49,423 nt of DNA, from contig DATDPM010000011.1 of NCBI GenBank assembly GCA_035292745.1, forward strand, positions 1-49,423. The letters are read 5' to 3'. Origin of the DNA: Alphaproteobacteria bacterium. GTDB lineage: Bacteria > Pseudomonadota > Alphaproteobacteria > DATDPM01. The notes below the pieces were generated by a model. That model saw only the letters and a list, made by a program, of their open reading frames with translations, ran no database searches and was not told the DNA's origin. Positions 1 through 9,800 of the stretch are shown here, one piece after another. How positions within the stretch are numbered: the stretch's first letter is position 1; each line of letters opens with the position of its first letter. Position numbers and translations under genes: made by a program.

Positions 1-3000
1 GTCGCTCTCCCAGCCCTTTTCGTCGATCAGCGCCTGAAGGCCGGCCCCGTAGGCGCCCGGCTTGGAGCCGAAGACACGGAATCCCGCGCGCCGCCGCGCC
101 GCCGTTTCATCGAGCCCGGTTGCCATGAGGTTTTTCGTTTCCGCCCGCACGCCGGATGAAAGCGGATTGTCTTTTTCGTCCTCGTCGAGTTCGGCCACCG
201 CGCGCGCGGCGGAATCGAACAAATCGATCAGGCCCGGAAATGCATCGCGGAAGAAACCGGAAATCCGAAGCGTCACATCCACCCGCGGCCGGTCCAGAAC
301 CGAAACCGGCATGATCTCGAATCCGGTGACGCGCCGCGACGCCGAGTCCCAAACCGGCCTTACACCCATCAAGGCGAGCGCCTGGGCGATGTCGTCGCCG
401 CCCGTGCGCATGTTGCTGGTGCCCCAGGCCGAAAGCGCCATGCGCCTCGGAAACTCGCCGTGCTCCTGCGCGTAGCGGGCGACGAGCTTGCCGGCCGAAT
501 TCCATCCCAACTGCCACGCGGCGGGCGTCGGCACCGTGCGGGTATCCACCGAATAGAAATTGCGTCCGGTGGGCAGCACGTCCGAGCGGCCCCGCGTCGG
601 CGCCCCGCTTGGCCCGGGCGGGACGAACCGCCCGGAAAGCCCGCGGATAATTCCTTCGATCTCGCGCGAACCGCAGGCCGAAACCAGCGGGCGAATCATG
701 TTGTTCACGGTCTCGAGCACGGCCGATGTCTGCGTCCAACCGGCGGCGCAGGGTGTTTCACGTGCAACAAGGGCGCGCGCCAATAGTTCGAGACGTTCCA
801 CCGTATCGCCCGCGGTCCGCCACGGCGTTTCAAGCATATCGGCCAGCACGCCGGGCCGGGCCCCGCGCCACTCTTCGCCCATGGCGCAGTCCAGCGGATC
901 GAATCCGAGACCGAGGTCTTTCGAAAGCGCGCGGGTGAGCGAGGCATCGCCGCCCTGGCCTCGTCCGCGCGGCACCCGCACCAACGCGACCAGCAGATCG
1001 GTCAATAGCCCGCCCGCCGGGCTTTCGCCGAAAACATGGAGCCCGTCGCGAATCTGCAGCTCCTTCAACTCGCACAGATACGCATCGAGTTTCTTGAGCG
1101 CGGCCGGCTCGTCGTCCCCGCGCGCGACGCCGCAGTCGAGGGCGACGCCGGCGCTTTCGGCGAGATCGAGGATGGCGCGGCTCAGCACCCTGAGCCGGCG
1201 CGGATCGACGGCGGACGCCTCGTAATACTCGTCCACGAGCTGTTCCAGATCGCGCAGAACCCCGTAGCACTCGGCGCGCGTCAAAGGCGGCGTCAGATGA
1301 TCGACGATGACCGCCTGAGCGCGCCGCTTGGCCTGCGTGCCTTCGCCGGGATCGTTGACGATGAAGGGATAGAGATGCGGAACCGGTCCCAGCACCGCCT
1401 CCGGGTAACAGGATCGGGAAAGGGCCAGCGACTTGCCCGGCAGCCATTCCAGCGTCCCGTGCTTGCCGAGGTGGACGATGGCCTGGGCGGCGAACGTCGC
1501 GCGCAGCCACGCATAGAAAGCGAAATAGCAATGCGGGGGAACCAGCGCCGGGTCGTGGTAGCTGCGCACGGGATCGATGTTGTAGCCGCGCGCCGGTTGC
1601 AGCCCGATCGCGATGTTGCCGCAGCGGAACGCGGGGATCGCGAAGGCCCCGCTTTGCGAATCGAAGAACGGGTCTTGTTGCGGCGCGCCCCAACGCGCGG
1701 CGACGGCTTCGCTTACGTCGCCTGGAAGCGAGTCGAAAAAGGATTCGTAATCGGAAAGCGGCAGCGTTTCGGCGACGCGCCGCCCTCGATTCTTCGCGGC
1801 ATTATTCGTCGGGCCTTCGAGAAGGCGCGCGATAAGCGCATCGCCGCTGCCGGGAATATCCCGCGCGTCGAATCCCTCGGCCTCCAAGGCGCGCAGCAAA
1901 GTGACGGCGGACCGGGGCGTATCGAGCCCGACACCGTTGCCGATGCGCCCGTCGCGGTTGGGATAATTGGAAAGCACCAGCGCGACGCGGCGCCCGGAAA
2001 CTTCCGTGCGCCGCAGCCGTATCCAATTCGCGGCGAGATCGGCGGCGAAAGCGATGCGGTCAGGCACGGGGCGATGGGCAACGATGTCGCATTCCGTCGC
2101 TTCGTCGCGGCGCGCGCGTTCCTTGAACGAGACCGCGCGCGAGACGATGCGGCCGTCCACCTCGGGCAGCGCCACGTTCATGGCGATGTCGCGCGGGGAA
2201 AGCCCGCGCGTGCCCTCCCGCCATTCCGCCTCGCTTCCGCCCGCCAGAACGATCTGGATTACCGGGCAGTCGGCACTGCTGACCGGCGTTTCGGGAAGGT
2301 CGCTTCCGACCGTCCGCTCGGGACTGCCGAAGGCGAATCCGGTCGCGGTCACGATCGCGTCGGGCGACGATTCGCGGATCAATTCCGCGACGGTCGCGGC
2401 GGCAAGCGCGTCCTTCAGGCTGGTGAGATAAATCGGGACGGGGTTGACGCCGCGGGATTGGAGCGCGGCGATGAGCGCGTCCACGGGCGCCAGATCTGCG
2501 GCCTGGACCAGCGCGCGATAGAACAGAAGCCCGGCGCGCGGCGCACCCGCAGTTTTCGTTGCCCACACCTGGCGCAGATCGGCCAGGCTCGGCCGGCTCA
2601 GCCCCGGCCAATAGAGTCCGGCGCGCAGCAGCGGCGCCGGCTCGTGCCACGGCGCGCTCGGCTTTCCGATCAGCTCCGCGCCGAAGCGGAGCATATTGAC
2701 CCCGTTCTCGGCCCCGCCATGGACGAGATACTGCCACAGGCGATGCAGCGCTTCGGCCGGGAGCGTGGAGAGGGAGGACAGCTCCGCGTCCGGCTGGTCG
2801 TCGCCGGGAAGAAGGGCGAGCGATATGCCGCGCGCCCGCGCGATGGCCGCCAGCTGCTCGACGCCGTAGGGCCAATAGCCGCGCCCGCCGAGCAAGCGCG
2901 CGATCACGAGCCTTGCCCCCGGCCCGTCCGCCGGCGCGATGACGCGATCGAGATAGCGATCGACCGACATGTTGTGGCCGAGCTGCAAGACATTGGCGAG

Positions 3001-3177
3001 ACGAAGGCTCGGGACGTTGTCTTGTCCGGAATTCGCCAGCGCGGAGCGCGCCGCCGCCAGACACGCGATCTCGCTGTCCGCTGCGGTCAGCACCACGATG
3101 TCGGCCGGCGTTTGGCCGAGATCGACCGCTTGCGTTCCATCGAGGATGACGCCGGGCTCGGCGGCAAGAAGGTGCAT
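1..3177 (-). CDS. cobN: Cobaltochelatase large subunit CobN, N-terminal 1059 codons. The C-terminus runs off the left edge of the window.
   Basis: Absent from the ORF track because there is no stop inside the window. Hand translation from the ATG at 3177 gives MHLLAAEPGVILDGTQAVDLGQTPADIVVLTAADSEIACLAAA. Codons at 60..1 give PGAYGAGLQALIDEKGWESD. Both are CobN-like. No other ORF is listed in this minus frame across 1..3177. It lies 2 nt downstream of the cobW stop. Confidence 0.85.
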   Translation of the reverse strand, partial: MHLLAAEPGVILDGTQAVDLGQTPADIVVLTAADSEIACLAAARSALANSGQDNVPSLRLANVLQLGHNMSVDRYLDRVIAPADGPGARLVIARLLGGRGYWPYGVEQLAAIARARGISLALLPGDDQPDAELSSLSTLPAEALHRLWQYLVHGGAENGVNMLRFGAELIGKPSAPWHEPAPLLRAGLYWPGLSRPSLADLRQVWATKTAGAPRAGLLFYRALVQAADLAPVDALIAALQSRGVNPVPIYLTSLKDALAAATVAELIRESSPDAIVTATGFAFGSPERTVGSDLPETPVSSADCPVIQIVLAGGSEAEWREGTRGLSPRDIAMNVALPEVDGRIVSRAVSFKERARRDEATECDIVAHRPVPDRIAFAADLAANWIRLRRTEVSGRRVALVLSNYPNRDGRIGNGVGLDTPRSAVTLLRALEAEGFDARDIPGSGDALIARLLEGPTNNAAKNRGRRVAETLPLSDYESFFDSLPGDVSEAVAARWGAPQQDPFFDSQSGAFAIPAFRCGNIAIGLQPARGYNIDPVRSYHDPALVPPHCYFAFYAWLRATFAAQAIVHLGKHGTLEWLPGKSLALSRSCYPEAVLGPVPHLYPFIVNDPGEGTQAKRRAQAVIVDHLTPPLTRAECYGVLRDLEQLVDEYYEASAVDPRRLRVLSRAILDLAESAGVALDCGVARGDDEPAALKKLDAYLCELKELQIRDGLHVFGESPAGGLLTDLLVALVRVPRGRGQGGDASLTRALSKDLGLGFDPLDCAMGEEWRGARPGVLADMLETPWRTAGDTVERLELLARALVARETPCAAGWTQTSAVLETVNNMIRPLVSACGSREIEGIIRGLSGRFVPPGPSGAPTRGRSDVLPTGRNFYSVDTRTVPTPAAWQLGWNSAGKLVARYAQEHGEFPRRMALSAWGTSNMRTGGDDIAQALALMGVRPVWDSASRRVTGFEIMPVSVLDRPRVDVTLRISGFFRDAFPGLIDLFDSAARAVAELDEDEKDNPLSSGVRAETKNLMATGLDETAARRRAGFRVFGSKPGAYGAGLQALIDEKGWESD

Positions 3178-3179
3178 CG

Positions 3180-4247
3180 CTAGGCTCCGCCCGTTGCGGC
3201 CGCGAGAATTTCCGCCGCGCCCGCCGCCTTGATGATGAGCCTCTCCACGCGCGCACGGTCGAATCCCCTCTCGCCGATGACGACGACCGCCCCCGCGCGC
3301 TTCTCGCCCGCCTTCCACGGCCGGTCGAAATAGCTGGAAAGCCGGGGGCCGACGCCCTGGATCGCCAGGCGCAACTCCTTGCCCGCCACCGCGACGAAGC
3401 CCTTGATGCGCAAGACGCGCGGCTCCGCCCCCGCGGCGGCAAGGGCGCGCTCGATGGCTTGCCGGTCGGCGACGGGCGGAAGCGCGATCACGACGCTTTC
3501 GAAATCGTCGTGGTCGTGTTCCGCGAGCCCGTCGTGATGGGACCGGCGGGCCCCGACGTCATGTTCCGCGCCCGCCTCCAGCCCCAGAACCACGGCCGGA
3601 TCGGCGGCGCCTTGTCGGGTCGCAACGAGCTTCGTTTCGCGCCGCAGGCACGCCCGCACGGATCGCTCGGCCGCATCGAGCCGCGCCGCGTCGAGAAGAT
3701 CGGTCTTGTTGAGTATCACGAGATCGGCGCAGGCGAGCTGGTCGCCGAACACTTCCGCCAAGGGAAGATCGTGTTCCGGCAGCGCGCCGCCGGGGGTCCA
3801 GAACCTGGGATCGTTGAAGTGGTTGTCGGCCACCGCCGCCGCGTCCACCACCGCGATCACGCCGTCCACCGTCACGCGGTCGGCCACCTCGGGCCAGGCG
3901 AAGGCTTTGAGCAGCGGCTTGGGCAGCGCGAGGCCCGAAGTCTCGATGACGATGTGATCGGGAGGAACCGGCCGCGAAAGGAGATTTTCCATGGTCGGGA
4001 TGAAATCGTCCGCGACGGTGCAGCAGATGCAGCCGTTGGCCAGCTCGACGACATCGTCCTCGGCGCAGGAAGCAATGCCGCAACCCAGCAGAAGCTCGCG
4101 GTCGATCCCGAGCTCGCCGAACTCGTTGATGACCAGCGCCAGCTTTTTCCCCTGCGCGTTCGCGAGAAGATGACGGATCAGCGTCGTCTTGCCGGCGCCG
4201 AGGAAGCCGGTGATGACGGTTGCCGGAATCTTGGCCTTGAGACTCAT
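3180..4247 (-). CDS. cobW: CobW / COG0523 G3E-family metallochaperone GTPase
   Basis: P-loop [11 protein letters not shown], CxCC motif NGCICCTV, and a His/Asp-rich stretch [15 protein letters not shown]. The start overlaps the cobU stop (ATGA at 4244-4247). Confidence 0.93.
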   Translation of the reverse strand: MSLKAKIPATVITGFLGAGKTTLIRHLLANAQGKKLALVINEFGELGIDRELLLGCGIASCAEDDVVELANGCICCTVADDFIPTMENLLSRPVPPDHIVIETSGLALPKPLLKAFAWPEVADRVTVDGVIAVVDAAAVADNHFNDPRFWTPGGALPEHDLPLAEVFGDQLACADLVILNKTDLLDAARLDAAERSVRACLRRETKLVATRQGAADPAVVLGLEAGAEHDVGARRSHHDGLAEHDHDDFESVVIALPPVADRQAIERALAAAGAEPRVLRIKGFVAVAGKELRLAIQGVGPRLSSYFDRPWKAGEKRAGAVVVIGERGFDRARVERLIIKAAGAAEILAAATGGA

Positions 4248-4834
4248 GGGGCTGCGCCGTCGCGCTTGAGAACGAGGGGAAGCCCCGCCGCCATGAAGAC
4301 GACGAGACCGGATCGTTCCGCCACCGATTGATGCAGCCGTCCCGCGTGATCGCGGAATTCGCGCGCCAATTCGTTGTCGGGGACGATGCCGAGCCCGACT
4401 TCGTTGGAGACGAAGACGACGGGGCCGGAAAGATCGGGAAGCGCATCAACAAGCCGCGACGCTTCGGCCTCGATGTCGCGGCCGGCGTGCATGAGGTTGG
4501 AAAGCCAAAGCGTCAGGCAATCGACCAGAACCGGCCGCTCATGCTTGGCGTGGGATCGCAGCGCGCCGGAAAGATCGAGCGGTTCCTCGACTGTCATCCA
4601 TCGCCCGCCGCGCCGCGACCGATGTCTCGCGATGCGCGCCGCCATCTCTTCATCGCCCGCCTGCGCGGTTGCGAGATAAGTCCCGGAACCCTGGCGCTCG
4701 ATCAGACCTTCGGCGAAGCGGCTCTTGCCCGATCGCGTCCCGCCCAAAACCAGCGTGACCGGCGGCAGCGCCCCTTCGAAACGGGCGGCCGGGACGGTCG
4801 GCAACAGGTCTGGAAATACCGCGTCGAACAGCAA
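4244..4834 (-). CDS. cobU: Bifunctional adenosylcobinamide kinase / adenosylcobinamide-phosphate guanylyltransferase
   Basis: P-loop [11 protein letters not shown] and family-typical [12 protein letters not shown] and [15 protein letters not shown] start at 4834 lies 8 nt downstream of a strong SD GGGGAGGAGGA (minus strand, 4841-4853). Confidence 0.9.
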   Translation of the reverse strand: MLFDAVFPDLLPTVPAARFEGALPPVTLVLGGTRSGKSRFAEGLIERQGSGTYLATAQAGDEEMAARIARHRSRRGGRWMTVEEPLDLSGALRSHAKHERPVLVDCLTLWLSNLMHAGRDIEAEASRLVDALPDLSGPVVFVSNEVGLGIVPDNELAREFRDHAGRLHQSVAERSGLVVFMAAGLPLVLKRDGAAP

Positions 4835-4864
4835 GGGCTCCGTCCTCCTCCCCGAGGAACTTGG

Positions 4865-5075
4865 TGAACCGTTGCACCGGGGAGGTCTCCTGGCTTGGGG
4901 TCTTCGGCCCCCGGCGCCTTCCCGGCCGCAATCGGCCAGTGGCGGAAATGCCTGGGGTCTCGCCCTTACAGTTGCGGGGGCAGCGCCGGCCTTGGGCGGA
5001 CGCCGCTCGACGCGCCCCGCCCTACCGGACTTCCCTGTCCCGATGCGGGCGCGAGCCTAGCACAGGGGGCTCACC
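4865..5075 (-). promoter_or_regulatory. Cobalamin (AdoCbl) riboswitch in the leader of cobU-cobW-cobN. Boundaries are approximate.
   Basis: The minus strand reads ACAGGGAAGTCCGGT ... GCGCTGCCCCCGCAACTGTAAGGGCGAG ... CCGCCACTGGCC ... GGGAAGGCGCC ... AAGCCAGGAGACCTCC. These are the conserved core and the B12 box of the cobalamin riboswitch class. Confidence 0.85.
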
Positions 5076-5094
5076 CCGCGCCATCGCGCCCGGC

Positions 5095-5718
5095 CTACGC
5101 CCGGAAATTCACGGTCACCACCCGCCAATAGGAGCGGCCATCGGCTGCGATGTGGTCGAGGCGGGTCAGCGAGAGCGTATCGATGGCCAGGCGAAGCGCG
5201 GCCTCGGCGTTGAGACCGAGGGCAAGCGCCACCGCCGCGCGGATCACCCCGGCGTGGGCCACCGCGACGATGTTGGATCCTTCATGGGTCTGCGTGAGCC
5301 GAACCACTGCCTCGGCCACCCGCGCCATCGCGCTCACGAAGCTTTCTCCGCCCTCGGGCGTCGTATGCGCCGCGGCGAACCAGAAAGCGTGCATCTCGCC
5401 GCCCTGGATTTCCGCAATCTCGGCATAGGTCATCCCCTGCCATTTGCCGAAGTCCTGCTCGATGATGTCAGGCTCGATGGCGACGGCCGCGGGCGCGTTG
5501 CCGTCGCCCGCGCGCAGCGCCGCCAACGCCTTCGCCGTCTCTTTGGTGCGCGATAGCGGGCTGGCCAGCCACACCGCTTTTTCGGGGAGGCGCGCTGCGA
5601 GCGCTTGCAAGGCGGCAATGTCGGATAGATCGGCCGCGACATCGCGCCGGCCGTAAAGCCTGCCGTCATGATTCGTCACCGGAGCGTGGCGGATCCACCA
5701 CCAACGGGTCGTGGTCAT
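5095..5718 (-). CDS. cobC: Histidine-phosphatase family protein, likely alpha-ribazole phosphatase
   Basis: WWIRHAPV (RHG-type motif) and AVAHAGVIRA. I chose the start MTTTRWWW at 5718 because it forms an ATGA overlap with the cobS stop. The upstream 43 codons of the ORF are Arg/Gly junk. Confidence 0.8.
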   Translation of the reverse strand: MTTTRWWWIRHAPVTNHDGRLYGRRDVAADLSDIAALQALAARLPEKAVWLASPLSRTKETAKALAALRAGDGNAPAAVAIEPDIIEQDFGKWQGMTYAEIAEIQGGEMHAFWFAAAHTTPEGGESFVSAMARVAEAVVRLTQTHEGSNIVAVAHAGVIRAAVALALGLNAEAALRLAIDTLSLTRLDHIAADGRSYWRVVTVNFRA

Positions 5719-6572
5719 GCGGCGACGGCGGCAAGCAAGACCGCGATCTCGGTCCCCTGCTGGATCGCGCCCAACACGTCGCCGGTGAATCCGCCGATCG
5801 CGCGTTGCGCGACCGCCGCCAACACCGCCGCCACGCCTGCCCCGCACAGCAACGCCACGAATCCGGTGAAGGGCCCGAGGAAAAGAAGGACCAGCACCGT
5901 GCCCAGAAGCAGCGATGCCAGCACCCGGTCCTGCGGCGGCTTCCCGGCGGCAACCGCAAGCCCGTGGCTGCGTGCGTGATCGAGTCCGGCCATCACCGCG
6001 GGCAGAACGGCGCGCGAGAAAGCGGCGGCCGCGATCAGGGCGGCGGCCGCCGAATATGTGCCGGGAACGGCGGCGAGCGCGCCGACTCTCAGGAGAACCG
6101 ACAGCACGAGCGCGAGCACGGCGAATGCGCCGAGCCGCCCGTCGCCCATGATCGCGAGTTTGGCCTCGGAGTCGCGGCCGGCGCCGAACCCGTCGGCCGC
6201 ATCCGCCAGCCCGTCCTCATGCAACGCGCCGGTGACGGCGATCACCGCGGCGACGGCAAGCGCCGCGGCGAGGAAGGAGCCGAGCCCGATCCATTTCGCG
6301 GCGACCAACACGATGGCGCCGGCGATGCCGATGCCCAGGCCGACAATCGGAAAGGCCCGCGAGGCCGATCTCAGTCCCTCTTCGGGCAGCGACGATTCTT
6401 CGCCGCCGTCCATGTCATCGCCGCCCCGCGCGTCTTTGTCCGCACGAGAACCCAAAACGGGAAGACGCGTCAGAAAAGCGGCCGCAACCCTCGTGTCGCG
6501 CCACCAGTCGAAAAGCACGGCGCGCGGGTCGTAGTGGGGCGGGGTCTCGATTTCGGGATCGCGGTCGGACAA
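5715..6572 (-). CDS. cobS: Adenosylcobinamide-GDP ribazoletransferase (cobalamin synthase). The start is uncertain.
   Basis: FLTRLPV, ALHEDGLADAADGFG and GGFTGDVLGA motifs, polytopic membrane protein. Candidate starts are TTG 6572 (third-position GC rises here), GTG 6518 and ATG 6674. The last would overlap the cobT start head-to-head. Confidence 0.8.
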   Translation of the reverse strand: MSDRDPEIETPPHYDPRAVLFDWWRDTRVAAAFLTRLPVLGSRADKDARGGDDMDGGEESSLPEEGLRSASRAFPIVGLGIGIAGAIVLVAAKWIGLGSFLAAALAVAAVIAVTGALHEDGLADAADGFGAGRDSEAKLAIMGDGRLGAFAVLALVLSVLLRVGALAAVPGTYSAAAALIAAAAFSRAVLPAVMAGLDHARSHGLAVAAGKPPQDRVLASLLLGTVLVLLFLGPFTGFVALLCGAGVAAVLAAVAQRAIGGFTGDVLGAIQQGTEIAVLLAAVAA

Positions 6573-6672
6573 TGCGGTCTCTTCTTCCGGTTTGTCTGGA
6601 GCCGTCCTCCGGTTTATAGGACAGTTGCAGGTAGGCGCCAAACCCGGCCCGAGCCCAGGTTCAAGGAATTCC

Positions 6673-7740
6673 ATGGCCGAAGCGACGAATCCAGCCAGGA
6701 TCGAATTGGCGACGAACCTTTCGGTATCGACCGTTGCCGATATTTCGGCGCTGCTGGCGCGCCTGCCCGGGCCGGACGAGGATGCGCGCCATCGTTGCCG
6801 GACGCGCGAATCGCAGCTCACCAAGCCCGAAGGGGCGCTGGGGCGGCTTGAGGAATTGAGCGCCTGGATGGCCGGCTGGCAGGGCCGGGCGAGCCCCCGC
6901 GTGGAAAAGCCCCTGGTTTGCGTCTTTGCCGCAAACCACGGCGTGGCAAGCCGGGGCGTCTCCGCCTATCCGGCGGAAGTGACGGCGCAAATGGTGGCGA
7001 ACTTCCGCGACGGCGGTGCCGCCATCAATCAGCTCGCGCGCACAATAGATGCCGAGCTTCGCGTCTTCGAACTCTCGCTGGATAATCCCACGGGCGATAT
7101 CGCCGCAGGTCCGGCGATGGGCGAGGAGGAATTCGCCCATGCGGTTTCCGTCGGCATGAAATCCGTGACGGCCGGCTGCGATGTTCTGTGCCTCGGCGAG
7201 ATGGGGATCGCCAACACCACGGCCGCGGCGGCGCTTTGCCAGGCGCTGTTCGGCGGCGAGCCCCAGGACTGGACCGGGCCCGGAACGGGTGTCGGAGGCG
7301 CTGCCTTGGCGCACAAGGCCGAAGTCGTCGGCCAAGCCGTTCGCGTCAACCGCGAAGCCTTGGGCGATCCGTTGCAGGCGCTGCGCTGCGTCGGCGGGCG
7401 CGAACTGGCGGCGATCGCGGGCGCGATACTTGCCGCGAGACTGATGCGCCTGCCGGTGCTGCTCGACGGTTACGTCTGTACCGCCGCCGCCGCCGCGCTT
7501 TACTGTGCCAACCCATCCGCGCTGGACCATTGCCGCATTGCCCATGTCTCGGCGGAGCCCGGCCACCGGCGCCTCATCGAGCGTCTCGGCGCCCGCGCGC
7601 TTCTCGATCTCGGAATGCGGTTGGGGGAGGGAAGCGGCGCCGCGCTCGCCGTCCTGCTGCTCAAGGCGGCCGCCGCCTGCCATTCCGGCATGGCGACCTT
7701 CGCCGAGGCCGCCGTCAGCGGCAAATCGCAGACCCGTTAG
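6673..7740 (+). CDS. cobT: Nicotinate-nucleotide--dimethylbenzimidazole phosphoribosyltransferase
   Basis: LTKPEGALGRLEEL, GEMGIANTT and LGEGSGAA motifs. ATG at 6673 is preceded by SD AAGGA with 5-nt spacing. Confidence 0.92.
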   Translation: MAEATNPARIELATNLSVSTVADISALLARLPGPDEDARHRCRTRESQLTKPEGALGRLEELSAWMAGWQGRASPRVEKPLVCVFAANHGVASRGVSAYPAEVTAQMVANFRDGGAAINQLARTIDAELRVFELSLDNPTGDIAAGPAMGEEEFAHAVSVGMKSVTAGCDVLCLGEMGIANTTAAAALCQALFGGEPQDWTGPGTGVGGAALAHKAEVVGQAVRVNREALGDPLQALRCVGGRELAAIAGAILAARLMRLPVLLDGYVCTAAAAALYCANPSALDHCRIAHVSAEPGHRRLIERLGARALLDLGMRLGEGSGAALAVLLLKAAAACHSGMATFAEAAVSGKSQTR

Positions 7741-8873
7741 TTCGAAGAAACCGGTTTTGCGGCCGTCGCGCCCGCTGCCGGTCGCCGGTCCGCGGCCGAT
7801 TCCGTCTGGAATTGATCCGGCACCAGCGCCTCGCCGTCCGCCTGCTTCTTCTTGATCTCGGCGATGGTCGTCTTCAAAAGCACGGAGCGGTAGGGCGAGG
7901 GCGGATGAAGCGCCGACAAGCTGTCCTTGATCGACTCGGGGTAGTTGGCCGCGATGCGGCGCCAGAATTCGGGCGCGCCGTCGATGTCGAATCCGGCGCG
8001 CGCCATCATGTAAAGTCCGACGGTGTCGGCTTCGGCCTCGAAATCCTGGGTGTAGCTGCGCCCGCCGCCGCGCGTAAACGTGCCGCGCGTGTTGATGCCG
8101 AAGAGATCGCTCACGACGAAATCGACGATCGCGCCGGGAATCGCCGTGGCCGGCATGGTTTGCGAATCGCGCATCACGTTGTGGGCCATCTCGTGGGAAA
8201 GCACGAGCGCCAGCTCCTGATCGCTCGCGGCGAAGCGCATCATCCCCGCCATGATCACCACCGACTTGCCGTCGGCGAAGGCGTTCACGGAATCGGACTT
8301 GCCGATGTAGAACGCGTAGCTGCACATGGGAAGCGGCGTGACGCTGACTTTTCGCGCGTTTCCGTTCCGGTCCGCGACCTCGAATTCGAGCGCGCCGCTG
8401 CGTGCGTCACGCAGAATGTCCATCGTTGCGTTGGCCGCATCGTCCCCCGCCGCGATCTTCGTGCCGCCGAGCGCGACGATCCGCTCGCCTTCCTTGAGCC
8501 CCGCCTTGTCCGCGGGCGAACCTGGCACGATGTGAAGGATCTGCGGCGCGTCGCCCAAGTTGAGGCGGCGCTGCGCGGGTTCGCGCAATTCTTTCCGCAA
8601 GTTGGAAATATCGGCGATGTTGAGGCCGAAGCCCGGGATCACGTCCGTGCCGCACAATTCGGCGGAGGCCACCGAGATCGGAAACGCGACGTCGAGAAGC
8701 CGCGCGTGCTGGTGCAGCGTCGCATCGAGCGCGAGGTCGTTCTGGACCTGCTCCTCGGCTTTCAGATCGGATTCGGAAACCGCGACGCGCGGCGTCTCGC
8801 TGCCGCATCCCGCAAGCAAAAGCGGGGCGAGCGCCGCCAGGGCGAAGGCCGATTTCGCAAACTCCCGAATCAT
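7737..8873 (-). CDS. M48-family zinc metallopeptidase lipoprotein with an N-terminal PDZ domain
   Basis: Lipobox LLLAGC, PDZ-like GSPADKAGLKEGERIVALGG, and zinc motif HEMAHN with a downstream EAEAD. The 3' end overlaps the cobT 3' end by 4 nt (convergent). Confidence 0.85.
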   Translation of the reverse strand: MIREFAKSAFALAALAPLLLAGCGSETPRVAVSESDLKAEEQVQNDLALDATLHQHARLLDVAFPISVASAELCGTDVIPGFGLNIADISNLRKELREPAQRRLNLGDAPQILHIVPGSPADKAGLKEGERIVALGGTKIAAGDDAANATMDILRDARSGALEFEVADRNGNARKVSVTPLPMCSYAFYIGKSDSVNAFADGKSVVIMAGMMRFAASDQELALVLSHEMAHNVMRDSQTMPATAIPGAIVDFVVSDLFGINTRGTFTRGGGRSYTQDFEAEADTVGLYMMARAGFDIDGAPEFWRRIAANYPESIKDSLSALHPPSPYRSVLLKTTIAEIKKKQADGEALVPDQFQTESAADRRPAAGATAAKPVSSN

Positions 8874-8939
8874 GGGACGAGTGTCGCCGGAATTGGTTAA
8901 TTCCGGTTTACCGGGGCCGGAGAAGCCCGAATTTCCGCG

Positions 8940-9800
8940 CTATTCCGCGATCTGAAGGAGGAGTCCGCGCTGCCGGGCGAGGCGGAAGGCGAACAGGAAC
9001 GCCCCGATCCCCAACCCGATATAGACGATGTTGAGCGCCGCCGCCGCGGCCAGCAGGTCGGCGCGGAATACGTGCTGGAACATCACCGCGCGCATGCCCT
9101 CGAACACATAGGTTGAGGGCAAGGCCCAGGCCAGCGGATGAAGCCAGACCGGCAACGCCGAGACCGGGTAATAGATGCCGCTGAAGGGCGCGATCGCGAA
9201 GATCAGGAACCACGCCATGCTTTCCGCGCCCAATCCGAAGCGCAGCACGATCGCCGAAACGAACAGCCCGATGCCCCAGCCCATAACCATGAGATTGGCG
9301 AAGAAGACGATGAGCGGCAGGCCCAGCGTGAAGACCGAATAATGGTAGAACACGATGGCCAGCAGCGCCGCCGGCACCACGCCCACGAGGGTGCGCAGCA
9401 GCGACAGGACAAGAAGCGCCGCGATATGCTCGATGGGGCGCAAGGGCGTCGCGAAGAGATAGCCGAGTTGCCGCGACCACATCTCCTCCATGAACGAGAG
9501 CGAGACGCCGAGCTGCGCGCGGAACAGGACGTCCCACAGCAGCATGGCGCCCAGCAGCACGCCCGAGGCCTGCATCACCCAAGTGCTGTTGGTCATGAAG
9601 AATTGGCTGATGAACCCCCACAGGATCATCTGTACCAGCGGCCAATAGGCGAGTTCCAGCATCCGCGGCCACGAGCTGCGCAAAAGATAGATGTAGCGCA
9701 GCACCATCGCCCAGACGCGGCGCAGCGCGAACGTCTGGGAAGCGGCGGCTAGATTGACCGGCGCGGCCGTGTCCCGTGCGGTACCGTGCGGCGCGGTCAT
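8940..9800 (-). CDS. ABC-2 type transporter permease
   Basis: About six hydrophobic segments and ABC-2-like spacing (WPRMLELAYWPLVQM ... YYPVSALPVWL). ATGA overlap with the upstream ATPase gene. Confidence 0.8.
   Translation of the reverse strand: MTAPHGTARDTAAPVNLAAASQTFALRRVWAMVLRYIYLLRSSWPRMLELAYWPLVQMILWGFISQFFMTNSTWVMQASGVLLGAMLLWDVLFRAQLGVSLSFMEEMWSRQLGYLFATPLRPIEHIAALLVLSLLRTLVGVVPAALLAIVFYHYSVFTLGLPLIVFFANLMVMGWGIGLFVSAIVLRFGLGAESMAWFLIFAIAPFSGIYYPVSALPVWLHPLAWALPSTYVFEGMRAVMFQHVFRADLLAAAAALNIVYIGLGIGAFLFAFRLARQRGLLLQIAE

Noticed and set aside
1036-3442. Long ORFs 1036..3183 (+, 715 aa) and 2060..3442 (-, 460 aa), plus several 70-290 aa ORFs in 62..2431
   Set aside because: These are antisense or out-of-frame shadows of cobN and cobW in high-GC DNA. 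Their translations are Arg/Gly/Ala/Pro-rich with no recognisable motifs, whereas the minus frame ending at 3177 gives clear CobN sequence.
6661-8900. ORFs 6661..8325 (-, 554 aa) and 7188..8900 (+, 570 aa)
   Set aside because: These are shadow ORFs over cobT and the M48 peptidase gene. Composition is dominated by Arg/Gly/Ala/His, and they conflict with two motif-supported genes.
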